Shown here piece after piece: positions 46,677 to 54,644 of a stretch of 64,000 nt of DNA. Each line of letters opens with the position of its first letter. Positions within the stretch are counted from its first letter, which is position 1. Below the pieces are notes generated by a model. It was given only the letters and a program-made list of their open reading frames with translations, did not search any database and was not told the origin of the DNA. The DNA comes from Thermoplasmata archaeon (GTDB taxonomy: Archaea > Thermoplasmatota > E2 > DHVEG-1): positions 19,048 through 83,047 of the forward strand of contig JAHWGK010000001.1 of the NCBI GenBank assembly GCA_020054495.1, written 5' to 3'. The position numbers and the translations under genes were made by a program.

Positions 46677-47651
46677 TCACATTTTTAAAAATTCTAAAAT
46701 TTCTTGGACAAAAGAATCAGTTTGTCCTTTTGGTACAATTGCTCCAAAAACTTCTTTTTTTCCTCCACATTTAAAACCAAGAGATTTTCCCTTCACTATC
46801 AAAGGTTCTGCATTTTTCTTACTTCTCACATAAATTTGATCTCTATCACCAAAAAAACCTGTATTGATAACAACAGTATTTTTCTCAGAAGTCCATGCAA
46901 CTTTTCTTGTTAATGTAGAGATTATATTGTATGATGTGTTAATTTTTTTAAGAATTATCCCATCTATTTCGTTATCGGGCATATTTAGTTGTTTTTCAAG
47001 CTCTTGATTTAATTTATTGAAGTTATCATTCCATTTCTGATTATTCAATATATAATCAGCTGTTCCATTTTCAATTAAAAGACGTGGAGCTTCCTCAACC
47101 GCTTCCTTATCTCCTAATTTATAGTTTGAATCCAAAAGATAAGCCATTTTTAACAAATCATCAAAATTTAGACCGTTTTCATTGCAAAAATCTGTGATAA
47201 TTCTGTAAAATTCCTGATTGTTTTTTATTTTCTGTTCATGATCTCCGATGATTCCAAGCAATCCATATAAATTTATTTTGTTACCTAGAAAATCATTTAC
47301 TATCCAACTTGCAGAAGGATATTTGTCAGGGTTCCCGCCCTTTATTACAGGGTTATTATGAAATACTTGTTCCACAACTTTACCCAAATGATGGTCAAAA
47401 ATCATTACTTGTGCATTTTTTGCAAGTCTTAAGATGTTGTCTTCAGGAAGAGACATGTCTGCAACTATTACAAAATCATATTTTGAATAATTTTCAAGTT
47501 CTTCTTCGGTGAGATAGTAGTTGCCAAGCTGGGGTGTTTTGTTAGTGATGTCTTTATCTGAAAGTTGTTCCAGTAAAAGGCGAGCGGAACATATGCCATC
47601 AGTATCCCAATGATGAATCAATAGGCCTTTCCCTTTTAATTTTTCAAACAT
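46677..47651 (-). CDS. DHH/DHHA1 phosphoesterase (candidate 3'-phosphoadenosine-5'-phosphate phosphatase)
   Basis: IHHWDTDGICSA (DxD), IFDHHLG (DHH), C-terminal GGKKEVFGA (DHHA1-like). The function is contextual. Confidence 0.7.
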   Translation of the reverse strand: MFEKLKGKGLLIHHWDTDGICSARLLLEQLSDKDITNKTPQLGNYYLTEEELENYSKYDFVIVADMSLPEDNILRLAKNAQVMIFDHHLGKVVEQVFHNNPVIKGGNPDKYPSASWIVNDFLGNKINLYGLLGIIGDHEQKIKNNQEFYRIITDFCNENGLNFDDLLKMAYLLDSNYKLGDKEAVEEAPRLLIENGTADYILNNQKWNDNFNKLNQELEKQLNMPDNEIDGIILKKINTSYNIISTLTRKVAWTSEKNTVVINTGFFGDRDQIYVRSKKNAEPLIVKGKSLGFKCGGKKEVFGAIVPKGQTDSFVQEILEFLKM

Positions 47652-47666
47652 GTTAATCTTTCCTTT

Positions 47667-48818
47667 TTATTCAACAAATGGATTTTTAAATTTAAGAATC
47701 ATTTCTGCTACTTCTTTTCTCATCATGTCTTCAGGGGGAATTTCTCCGTTTCTTAGCAATTCTCTTATTTTTTTACCACTGAAATTGATATGATCTTTTG
47801 GGTCATGAGGACAAATCTTATCATTTACAACACTACCGCATTTTGTACATCTTGAAAAAGATCTGAAGAAAACTGGAATAATATGTAAATCTGGAAATTC
47901 TGAGAAAATATCATGTGCATCATAAGGGCCATAATAATTTCCAACTCCTGCATGATCTCTACCTACAATGAAGTGGGTGCAGCCGAAATTTTTCCGCATT
48001 ATAGCATGATGTATTGCCTCTCTTGGTCCAGCATATTTCATAGAAGTTCTTAAAATGGACATTACTGCACGATCTTTGAGATAATAGTGTTTCATCAGTG
48101 CTTCATATGACGATAGTATCACATCATCTCTGAAATCTCCACTTTTTTTCTTTCCAATGATTGGATTAATAAATAGACCATCGACAAAAGTTAGAGCTGT
48201 TTTTTGAACATATTCATGGCCTATATGGGGTGGATTACGCGTTTGAAAAGCAACAATTTCTCTCCATCCTTTTTCTTTGAATAAAATACGTGTTTCTTTT
48301 GGTGTAAGATTATATTGATCATATTCCCTTGTTTTACTTGCAATAAGTGAAATTTTTCCACCAATTAGATTTTGTTTCATATTGTATACATTAGCAACCC
48401 CCGGGTGATTTGTATCTTGTGTTCGATAGATTGCTTGTGCTAATGTTTTTTTATCATATGTATAAATTTCATCAACATTTAATAATGCACGTACACCATT
48501 TTCTTTATTTGTAAGAATAACAGAATCTCCTGCTTTTATTCCATTTAAGTCGTTTTTATCAAAATCCAACAGTATGGGAATTGCCCATGGTGTATCATCA
48601 GCTAATCTTTTTTCTGCAACTACATTTTCAAGATCGTTGTTACATAAAAATCCTTCTAATGGTGAAAATACTCCGTGGGCAATGTTTAGAATATCTTCTG
48701 AAAGGTTTGTATTTATTTCAAGTTTTGAAAGACCGTTAGTGCCTAATGACTCTTTTTTAACACGCCTATTTATTAATTTTCCACCGTGTGGTTTTGGCAT
48801 TATTTTCACCTCAGTCAA
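47667..48818 (-). CDS. sat: sulfate adenylyltransferase (ATP sulfurylase)
   Basis: FQTRNPPHIGHEY, GRDHAGVGNYYGPYDAH, and a C-terminal Cys cluster. Confidence 0.95.
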   Translation of the reverse strand: MTEVKIMPKPHGGKLINRRVKKESLGTNGLSKLEINTNLSEDILNIAHGVFSPLEGFLCNNDLENVVAEKRLADDTPWAIPILLDFDKNDLNGIKAGDSVILTNKENGVRALLNVDEIYTYDKKTLAQAIYRTQDTNHPGVANVYNMKQNLIGGKISLIASKTREYDQYNLTPKETRILFKEKGWREIVAFQTRNPPHIGHEYVQKTALTFVDGLFINPIIGKKKSGDFRDDVILSSYEALMKHYYLKDRAVMSILRTSMKYAGPREAIHHAIMRKNFGCTHFIVGRDHAGVGNYYGPYDAHDIFSEFPDLHIIPVFFRSFSRCTKCGSVVNDKICPHDPKDHINFSGKKIRELLRNGEIPPEDMMRKEVAEMILKFKNPFVE

Positions 48819-49044
48819 TATAGCCTAGTGCTCGAAGTCTATCTTTAACTCTTTTTTCGTCTTCTTTTGTAAAAACCTCGTCCTCTTCTTCGTCCATACC
48901 TGATATAACCTCTCTAAGCACATAGGTTACATATGAAGAGAGAGATGTGAATCCTGTTCCTTTTATTCTTTTTTTAATTTTTTCTGCTAGAGGGGTTGGT
49001 ATTGATACTGTTGTAAATTTTTTATCTTCTTTATCTTCTTTCAT
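48811..49044 (-). CDS. CopG/ribbon-helix-helix family transcriptional regulator
   Basis: KFTTVSIPTPLAEKIKKRIKGTGFTSLSSYVTYVLREVI (strand-helix-helix). 8-nt overlap with the sat start. Confidence 0.75.
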   Translation of the reverse strand: MKEDKEDKKFTTVSIPTPLAEKIKKRIKGTGFTSLSSYVTYVLREVISGMDEEEDEVFTKEDEKRVKDRLRALGYID

Positions 49045-49077
49045 AGTTTATACCTCATCATATATAATTATATTTCA

Positions 49078-49117
49078 TTATATATCACTATATTTAGTTA
49101 TATATCATTGTGATATA
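49078..49117. promoter_or_regulatory. repeat/palindrome cluster upstream of the RHH-sat operon (candidate operator and/or TATA region)
   Basis: TTATATATCA at 49078-49087 and 49098-49107 (20-nt phasing). Perfect palindrome TATATCA-ttg-TGATATA at 49101-49117, 34-73 nt upstream of the RHH start codon. Confidence 0.3.
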
Positions 49118-49212
49118 AATACTTTACGAATTTTGAGGCTTTGCACATAAGATTTAGATACTGTTATGTTTTAAACCTATACAAGCAAATAAAAAAAAGA
49201 GAATGAATTTGG

Positions 49213-49674
49213 CTACTGTAAACCTAGAATGTATCTAAACACTGGAAAGGCATTGGGGAATTTTTCTAATATTATTTGTACAAAGTTGAATTGTGGAGCA
49301 TTAATTTGACGAGGGGAGCCATAGCTTACAGTAAAAGACCATTCATCATTCATTTGGTCTTCTCCATTAGTATCTATTGCCCTAATCCTCAAAAAATACT
49401 TATTTCCCTTTTTCAAATCTCCATAATCTTGAGGAAGATTTTCATATGCTATTTGTGTTTGACTTCCATGATAGAGGGCAATTGTTACAATAAGCTCACC
49501 ATTTACGTACAGATCCCTTATATCATATAATATATGCTCTAAAGTTTGTTCCATGAACCAGATCTCGTACATTACACGGTCACCGCTGTTTGTATCTCTC
49601 TCCCCCCCTGCCCATGTTAGATCAATAGCTTCTGGGCTGGAGTCTACTTTATTAGATAAGAAAGTTTTATAAAC
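49213..49674 (-). pseudogene. 5'-truncated FN3/Ig-like-domain surface protein remnant (tracked ORF 49213..49572)
   Basis: The domain sequence continues in frame upstream of the tracked ATG (KVDSSPEAIDLTWAGGERDTNSGDRV-MYEIWF...) up to a stop at 49675-49677. There is no start codon or signal peptide. Confidence 0.4.
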
Positions 49675-49713
49675 TTATATTCTAACTATTATTAAATAGA
49701 AGGATTAAAAAAT

Positions 49714-51090
49714 ATGAAAAAAACCATTATTAAGAAAAAAGGATTGATTTTGATAATTGGAGTGATTTTCGTTTTGGTATCTATTCAACAGATGGGTATA
49801 TTCTATACGGAGTCAGTATCTTCTATATCTACAATTGCAACAATTAATGATACCTCATCTCCAATTGTTGGTAGTTTTTCCGATTCTCACTTTTCATCAG
49901 TTAATCCTATCTATGGTGAACGTCCTTTATTATTAATTCTAATTGAATTTAGAGATCAACCTCATTCCCCTGATCATGACATCGAGCATTATAATGAATT
50001 GTTATGGGGTGAAGAAAATAATTTACAGGATTACTTTAATGAAGTTTCATATGGAAAATTTACATATGTAAAAGCAGGAATTTTAGGATGGTATAAGTCA
50101 ACTTGTAGTATTAACTTATATAGACTCAATTTTCATTATTATACAAATATTATAGCAAGACAAGGTTTTAAAAAAGCTGCTCAGGATCAGAGTTTTAATT
50201 TTGTTCAATATGATAAAAATGGTGATCAAATAATAACACCTGATGAGCTTTCTATTTTTGTAGTTGTCACTAATTCAAATAAAAAATTAACTTATGCGTA
50301 TACCAAAAGGATTGACAATAAATTAAAGATGTTTGATCAAGTAAAAACATGGGATGGTGTTTTTTTAAAATTAAGATATTGTGGAGTTCCAGAAGATTGG
50401 CATATGCGTATTTATGCTCATGAACTTGGACATACACTTGATCTTCCAGATCTTTACGATCTGCATTTTATCCCCACTGGAAATTCAAATGGAATTGGTA
50501 ACTACTGTGTAATGAATCCACATCCTGAGCCAAATGATCCTGTACATTTTTGTGCTTGGTCAAAAATAAAACTAGGGTGGATAGACCCTGTTGTTATCTC
50601 CGAGGACGGATATTATGAAATCCACGACATAGAAAGACACCCAGAGGCATATATAATTCGAAATCCAACACATTCAACCTCTGAATATTTTTTAGTTGAA
50701 AATCGTCAAAGAATAGGATTTGATGAACAAATACCTGATACAGGAATTGTAATATATCACATAGATGAATCCAGGCTAAGTAGGTATTATGGGGGGAAAA
50801 AAATCGTCTTGTTAGGTGACAACAAGGATGAAACACATAAATTAGTAGATCTTGAGTGTGCTGATAGTCCCTCATCACATTTTATCAATGCTGATGATTT
50901 AGATACAGGAAAAAATTTTGGAGATGGCTATGATCTATGGGATAAAAATGAATATGTTTTTCATGATGATTCTATTCCTTGTAATTCCCGTTGGTATGAT
51001 GGTATTAAGAGTGGAATATCTATAGAAGTTTTATCAGAGTCAAATAATACTATGGGAGTTTATTTTTCAATAAATGGGTATAGTCCATAA
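49714..51090 (+). CDS. secreted M6-like (immune inhibitor A-type) zinc metalloprotease
   Basis: N-terminal signal/TM MKKTIIKKKGLILIIGVIFVLVSI. HELGHTLDLPDLYD (HExxH..DLY). Confidence 0.75.
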   Translation: MKKTIIKKKGLILIIGVIFVLVSIQQMGIFYTESVSSISTIATINDTSSPIVGSFSDSHFSSVNPIYGERPLLLILIEFRDQPHSPDHDIEHYNELLWGEENNLQDYFNEVSYGKFTYVKAGILGWYKSTCSINLYRLNFHYYTNIIARQGFKKAAQDQSFNFVQYDKNGDQIITPDELSIFVVVTNSNKKLTYAYTKRIDNKLKMFDQVKTWDGVFLKLRYCGVPEDWHMRIYAHELGHTLDLPDLYDLHFIPTGNSNGIGNYCVMNPHPEPNDPVHFCAWSKIKLGWIDPVVISEDGYYEIHDIERHPEAYIIRNPTHSTSEYFLVENRQRIGFDEQIPDTGIVIYHIDESRLSRYYGGKKIVLLGDNKDETHKLVDLECADSPSSHFINADDLDTGKNFGDGYDLWDKNEYVFHDDSIPCNSRWYDGIKSGISIEVLSESNNTMGVYFSINGYSP

Positions 51091-51152
51091 GAAAATACAA
51101 TAAAAAAAGTAATAATAGAGACGCTATTACTCTTTTGTTAATAGGTGTAAAA

Positions 51153-51989
51153 TTGAAAACAAAAGATGTGAAAATAGCAGTTCTAAGAATAGAAGGAACA
51201 AACTGTGAACAAGAATCCTACGATGCTTTCAAAAGACTTGGAGCAAATCCAGAGTTTGTACATTTAAAACAACTTTTGAATATTGACTGTAATAAAGATG
51301 AAAAACGCGATGTTTTTGATTATCAATGCCTGATGATTCCTGGAGGTTTTTCTGCTGGCGATTATATTAGAGGTGGCGCTATTTTTGCTGCAAGAATCAA
51401 AAGTAAGCTAGATAAAGATCTAGTAGAGTATGTAAAGCAAGAATATCCTGTACTAGGTGTATGTAATGGTTTTCAAGTGCTAATAGAGCTTGGTTTTTTA
51501 CCTGGAATTGAAAAAATTGTTACTCCAGTTCCAGACGCTTGCTTAAGTATAAATGATTCTAATAGATTTGAATGCCGACCAACTTTACTTAAACATGAAA
51601 ATAATGGAAAATGTGTATTTACCTCAAAAATCCCAAAAAATGATATTAGATTAATTCCTACTGCTAACGCTGAGGGGAAATTGTTATTTCCTCTTAATAA
51701 ACAAGAGGATTATCTAAAAAAATTAGAAAAAAATGACCAAATTGTTTTTCGTTATGTCGATCCTGATGGAAATTATTCAGGGCATCCATGGAACCCTAAT
51801 GGCTCGATATCTAATATTGCAGGTATTTGTAATTACATTGGAAATGTTTTTGGCATGATGCCGCATCCTGAGAGAACGTTTTATCGGCATCAGCATCCTG
51901 ATTGGACAGAAACTGGAATAAATGATGACTTAGGTGATGGTAAGGCTGTGTTTGAATCTGTTTTAGATTATATTTGTAAAAGGTTCTAG
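51153..51989 (+). CDS. purQ: phosphoribosylformylglycinamidine synthase I (glutaminase subunit)
   Basis: VKIAVLRIEGTNCEQE, GGFSAGDY, GVCNGFQ, MMPHPER. TTG 51153 follows AGGTG; the tracked start was 51135. Confidence 0.85.
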   Translation: MKTKDVKIAVLRIEGTNCEQESYDAFKRLGANPEFVHLKQLLNIDCNKDEKRDVFDYQCLMIPGGFSAGDYIRGGAIFAARIKSKLDKDLVEYVKQEYPVLGVCNGFQVLIELGFLPGIEKIVTPVPDACLSINDSNRFECRPTLLKHENNGKCVFTSKIPKNDIRLIPTANAEGKLLFPLNKQEDYLKKLEKNDQIVFRYVDPDGNYSGHPWNPNGSISNIAGICNYIGNVFGMMPHPERTFYRHQHPDWTETGINDDLGDGKAVFESVLDYICKRF

Positions 51990-51990
51990 T

Positions 51991-52401
51991 ATGCCAAAAG
52001 TTGCAACTTGTTTGTTGATTAATGATGAGGGAAAACTGCTTATTTTGAAGAGGAGTGAAAAAGTTAGAACATATAAGGGTTTATGGGGTGGCATTACAGG
52101 TTACATTGAGGAAAATGAAACGCCTTATGAAACAGCTATTAAGGAGATAAAAGAGGAAGTTGGGATTAAAAAAGAAGATGTTAGTCTTATTAAAACATTA
52201 GATCCTATTGAATTTACAGATTTTTATAGAAGAGAGCAATACGATTGGATAATATTTCCATTTATATTTAAGGTTAATAAAAAGGGTAAAATAAATATAG
52301 ACTGGGAGCATTTAGAATATTGGTGGATACTGCCTTCAGAAATTGAAAAATACGATACGGTTCCACTTTTAAAAGACATCGTGTCTAAGTTATTTATGTA
52401 A
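51991..52401 (+). CDS. NUDIX hydrolase
   Basis: Nudix box GGITGYIEENETPYETAIKEIKEEVGI. Confidence 0.85.
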   Translation: MPKVATCLLINDEGKLLILKRSEKVRTYKGLWGGITGYIEENETPYETAIKEIKEEVGIKKEDVSLIKTLDPIEFTDFYRREQYDWIIFPFIFKVNKKGKINIDWEHLEYWWILPSEIEKYDTVPLLKDIVSKLFM

Positions 52402-52408
52402 GAGTTTC

Positions 52409-52471
52409 GGATGGGGAAGTCGTGGAGGTGGTGAGGAGAGATAGGAAAAAATTAGGATAACTCCCCCATCC
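52409..52471. other. GC-rich inverted repeat in a convergent intergenic region (hairpin; terminator or small RNA?)
   Basis: GGATGGGG (52409-52416) pairs with CCCCATCC (52464-52471) around a purine-rich 47-nt loop. It stands out from the AT-rich flanks. Confidence 0.25.
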
Positions 52472-52622
52472 TATACATTATAATAGTTTTGTTAGTATAT
52501 AAAACTTTTTATATAAATTATCGATAATTGTCGATAAAAAATGCTATATGTTACAGGTTGTTATAAAACATAACAAAAATTCGGAAAAACGTAAAAAAAA
52601 TTTCAATGGTTATTGTCCCTTC

Positions 52623-53516
52623 TTACCTATAAACTAGAATTACCGGAAGTAAAAATGCAAGTAAACCTATAAAAATCGCAATTAATGTAAATTTTCGATA
52701 AAGTTTCAGATGCGGTTTCTTCTTTATAATTAAATGTATAGATGCACTAAGGAGCATGGTATCAGTTACAAAAACCAGAGCAAGATAGTAATAATTTAGG
52801 TAATAAATCTCAAATGTTTCCATGAAAAACGGAAGAAAACTCAAAGCAATTGCAATTATATAAAAGAATGCTGCAAGGATGTTTGACTTTCGGGAACCAA
52901 TATATTTTGGAAATGATTTGACGCCTTTTTCCTTGTCTCCTTGAAAATCCATCACATCTTTCATGATTTCTCGTCCGGACCCAGCAAGAAATGCAATAAG
53001 TGCAATGACATAAATTGCAGGATGAATTTCAAATTGGAGTGTGCTGCCTTCAATTACTGCAACCCCTCCAAAAATAAATGGAATTGCCATGATATAAGCT
53101 ATATAGAAATTTCCAATCAACTTTATCTTTTTCATTTTTGTATCATATAAAATAGCAAGGAGGGCTGTAATCAAGGCAATTATGAAACAAGCCAAATTTA
53201 CAAAATATGAACAAATAATTCCGAGAGGGAAAAATATGAAAAACAAGTACAGCGCTGATTTTGGAGACAAATCTCCACGAACTAGTGGCCTGTCTTCTCT
53301 TTTGTTTCTCTTATCTATTTCTAAATCACAGTAATCATTCAAGGCAAATGTACTTGCCTCAAGAAATAAAGCAGTAAAAAAAGTAAGTATGAACTTATCA
53401 AAGGAGGGCAATCCCTGTCCTTTTAGTGCTATTAATGAACCAATTAGTATTGCTATAGCAATCATTACCCCATGCTCTAGTCGCATGAGCTCCCAGATTG
53501 CTTTGATTTTTTTCAT
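52623..53516 (-). CDS. UbiA-family prenyltransferase, digeranylgeranylglyceryl phosphate synthase-like
   Basis: WELMRLEHGVM, NDYCDLEIDKRN (NDxxDxxxD), second Asp-rich region KDVMDFQGD. About 8 TM helices. Confidence 0.75.
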   Translation of the reverse strand: MKKIKAIWELMRLEHGVMIAIAILIGSLIALKGQGLPSFDKFILTFFTALFLEASTFALNDYCDLEIDKRNKREDRPLVRGDLSPKSALYLFFIFFPLGIICSYFVNLACFIIALITALLAILYDTKMKKIKLIGNFYIAYIMAIPFIFGGVAVIEGSTLQFEIHPAIYVIALIAFLAGSGREIMKDVMDFQGDKEKGVKSFPKYIGSRKSNILAAFFYIIAIALSFLPFFMETFEIYYLNYYYLALVFVTDTMLLSASIHLIIKKKPHLKLYRKFTLIAIFIGLLAFLLPVILVYR

Positions 53517-53638
53517 AACTCTCTGGAATAAAACTGTTTATTAAATCTTTTTGATAAGAAATCATGTTTGTTATTTTTATAAAAAGTTTTTACAACATAT
53601 ATTTAATTACATTTTTATTTTGGAATAGGTGGTTTGAG

Positions 53639-54322
53639 ATGGAATATAAAATATCAGGAAATAATTTACAGCTGGTAACTATTCAAATAAACCCTCAGGA
53701 AAAAATCTTTGCTGAAGCAGGATCAATGGTTTACATGAGTGGAAATGTAAACATGGAGGCAAAAATAAGAGGGGGGCTTATGAAAGGAATAGGCAGGAAA
53801 TTTATGGGAGAAACAGCCTTTTTAGCAGAATACACCTCTCAAGGTGGAACTGGTATGGTTTCATTTGGCGGGAAAACACCAGGAACAATAAAGACTTTAG
53901 ATATTACACCTGGCAAAGATTTTTTTGCACAAAAAGATGCTTTTTTAGTTGCGGAAGATACAATTGAAATGAGTGTAGCATTTCAGAAAAAACTTGGATC
54001 TGGTTTATTTGGCGGTGAGGGATTTATAATTCAAAAATATTCTGGAGAAGGAAAAATGTGGATCCATGCAAGTGGAGATTTTATTGAATTTGATCTTCAA
54101 CCAGATCAGACTTTGAAAGTTGATACAGGAAGTGTTGTTGGTTGGGACACAACTATCACATATGATATTGAAAGGGTGAAAGGTGTTAAGACAATGTTCT
54201 TTGGTGGGGAAGGGATATTTTTAACTAAATTAAGAGGTCCTGGAAAAATAATAATTCAATCTCTTAATGTAAGAGAGCTAGCATTAGCATTAATGCCTTA
54301 TATGCCAAGAAATACTTCATAA
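53639..54322 (+). CDS. AIM24/TIGR00266-family protein
   Basis: MEYKISGNNLQLVTIQINP...AEAGSMVYMSG...GEGF family pattern. ATG 53639 follows AGGTGG. Confidence 0.7.
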   Translation: MEYKISGNNLQLVTIQINPQEKIFAEAGSMVYMSGNVNMEAKIRGGLMKGIGRKFMGETAFLAEYTSQGGTGMVSFGGKTPGTIKTLDITPGKDFFAQKDAFLVAEDTIEMSVAFQKKLGSGLFGGEGFIIQKYSGEGKMWIHASGDFIEFDLQPDQTLKVDTGSVVGWDTTITYDIERVKGVKTMFFGGEGIFLTKLRGPGKIIIQSLNVRELALALMPYMPRNTS

Positions 54323-54344
54323 ACCGAATAGTTGAGATGAAAAG

Positions 54345-54617
54345 ATGATTAAAGGAGCAATAGCTGCTATTATTGGCGCAGTTGTAGTCGCACTAATTGT
54401 TTTAGGCATTATTCTTTTATTTTTTACAGAATTAATAGTTTGGTTAGCTGCTCTTTTTTTTGCATGGATTTTCATAGGAGCTCTAATTGTATTTCTTATT
54501 GCTTTCATTATTGCATTTATCACTTTTTTTGCTTTTTTTTATTACCTAGCTGAGAAAAAACCAGAAATAAAACCAGGCGAGTATAAATTAGAAAAAGAGA
54601 AAGGTAAACACGAATAA
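54345..54617 (+). CDS. small membrane protein (3 TM) with a Lys/Glu-rich tail
   Basis: 90-aa hydrophobic ORF; the antisense ORF 54317..54523 is judged a shadow. Confidence 0.5.
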   Translation: MIKGAIAAIIGAVVVALIVLGIILLFFTELIVWLAALFFAWIFIGALIVFLIAFIIAFITFFAFFYYLAEKKPEIKPGEYKLEKEKGKHE

Positions 54618-54644
54618 AATTTTATTTCATCAAATTCTTTTTTC

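Noticed and set aside
41149-46688. Plus-strand ORFs 41149..41502, 43159..43623, 44703..45179 and 46176..46688 opposite GlmU-like, Usp, DASS and cysC genes
   Set aside because: All are embedded antisense to motif-supported genes. Their Ser/Pro/Phe-rich translations are typical of reverse-frame artefacts.
48811-49044. The RHH protein as an antitoxin of a toxin-antitoxin pair
   Set aside because: The gene overlapping its 3' end is ATP sulfurylase, not a toxin, and the operon context points to a transcriptional regulator.
49603-49609. C7/G7 homopolymer as a phase-variation switch for the FN3-like ORF
   Set aside because: A -1 slip would bring ATG 49615 (minus strand) in frame but adds only about 14 residues and no signal peptide. 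The tract is short compared with known contingency loci.
52409-52471. The GC-rich hairpin as a C/D-box sRNA or tRNA fragment
   Set aside because: No RUGAUGA (C) or CUGA (D) boxes are in suitable positions, and no cloverleaf can be drawn.
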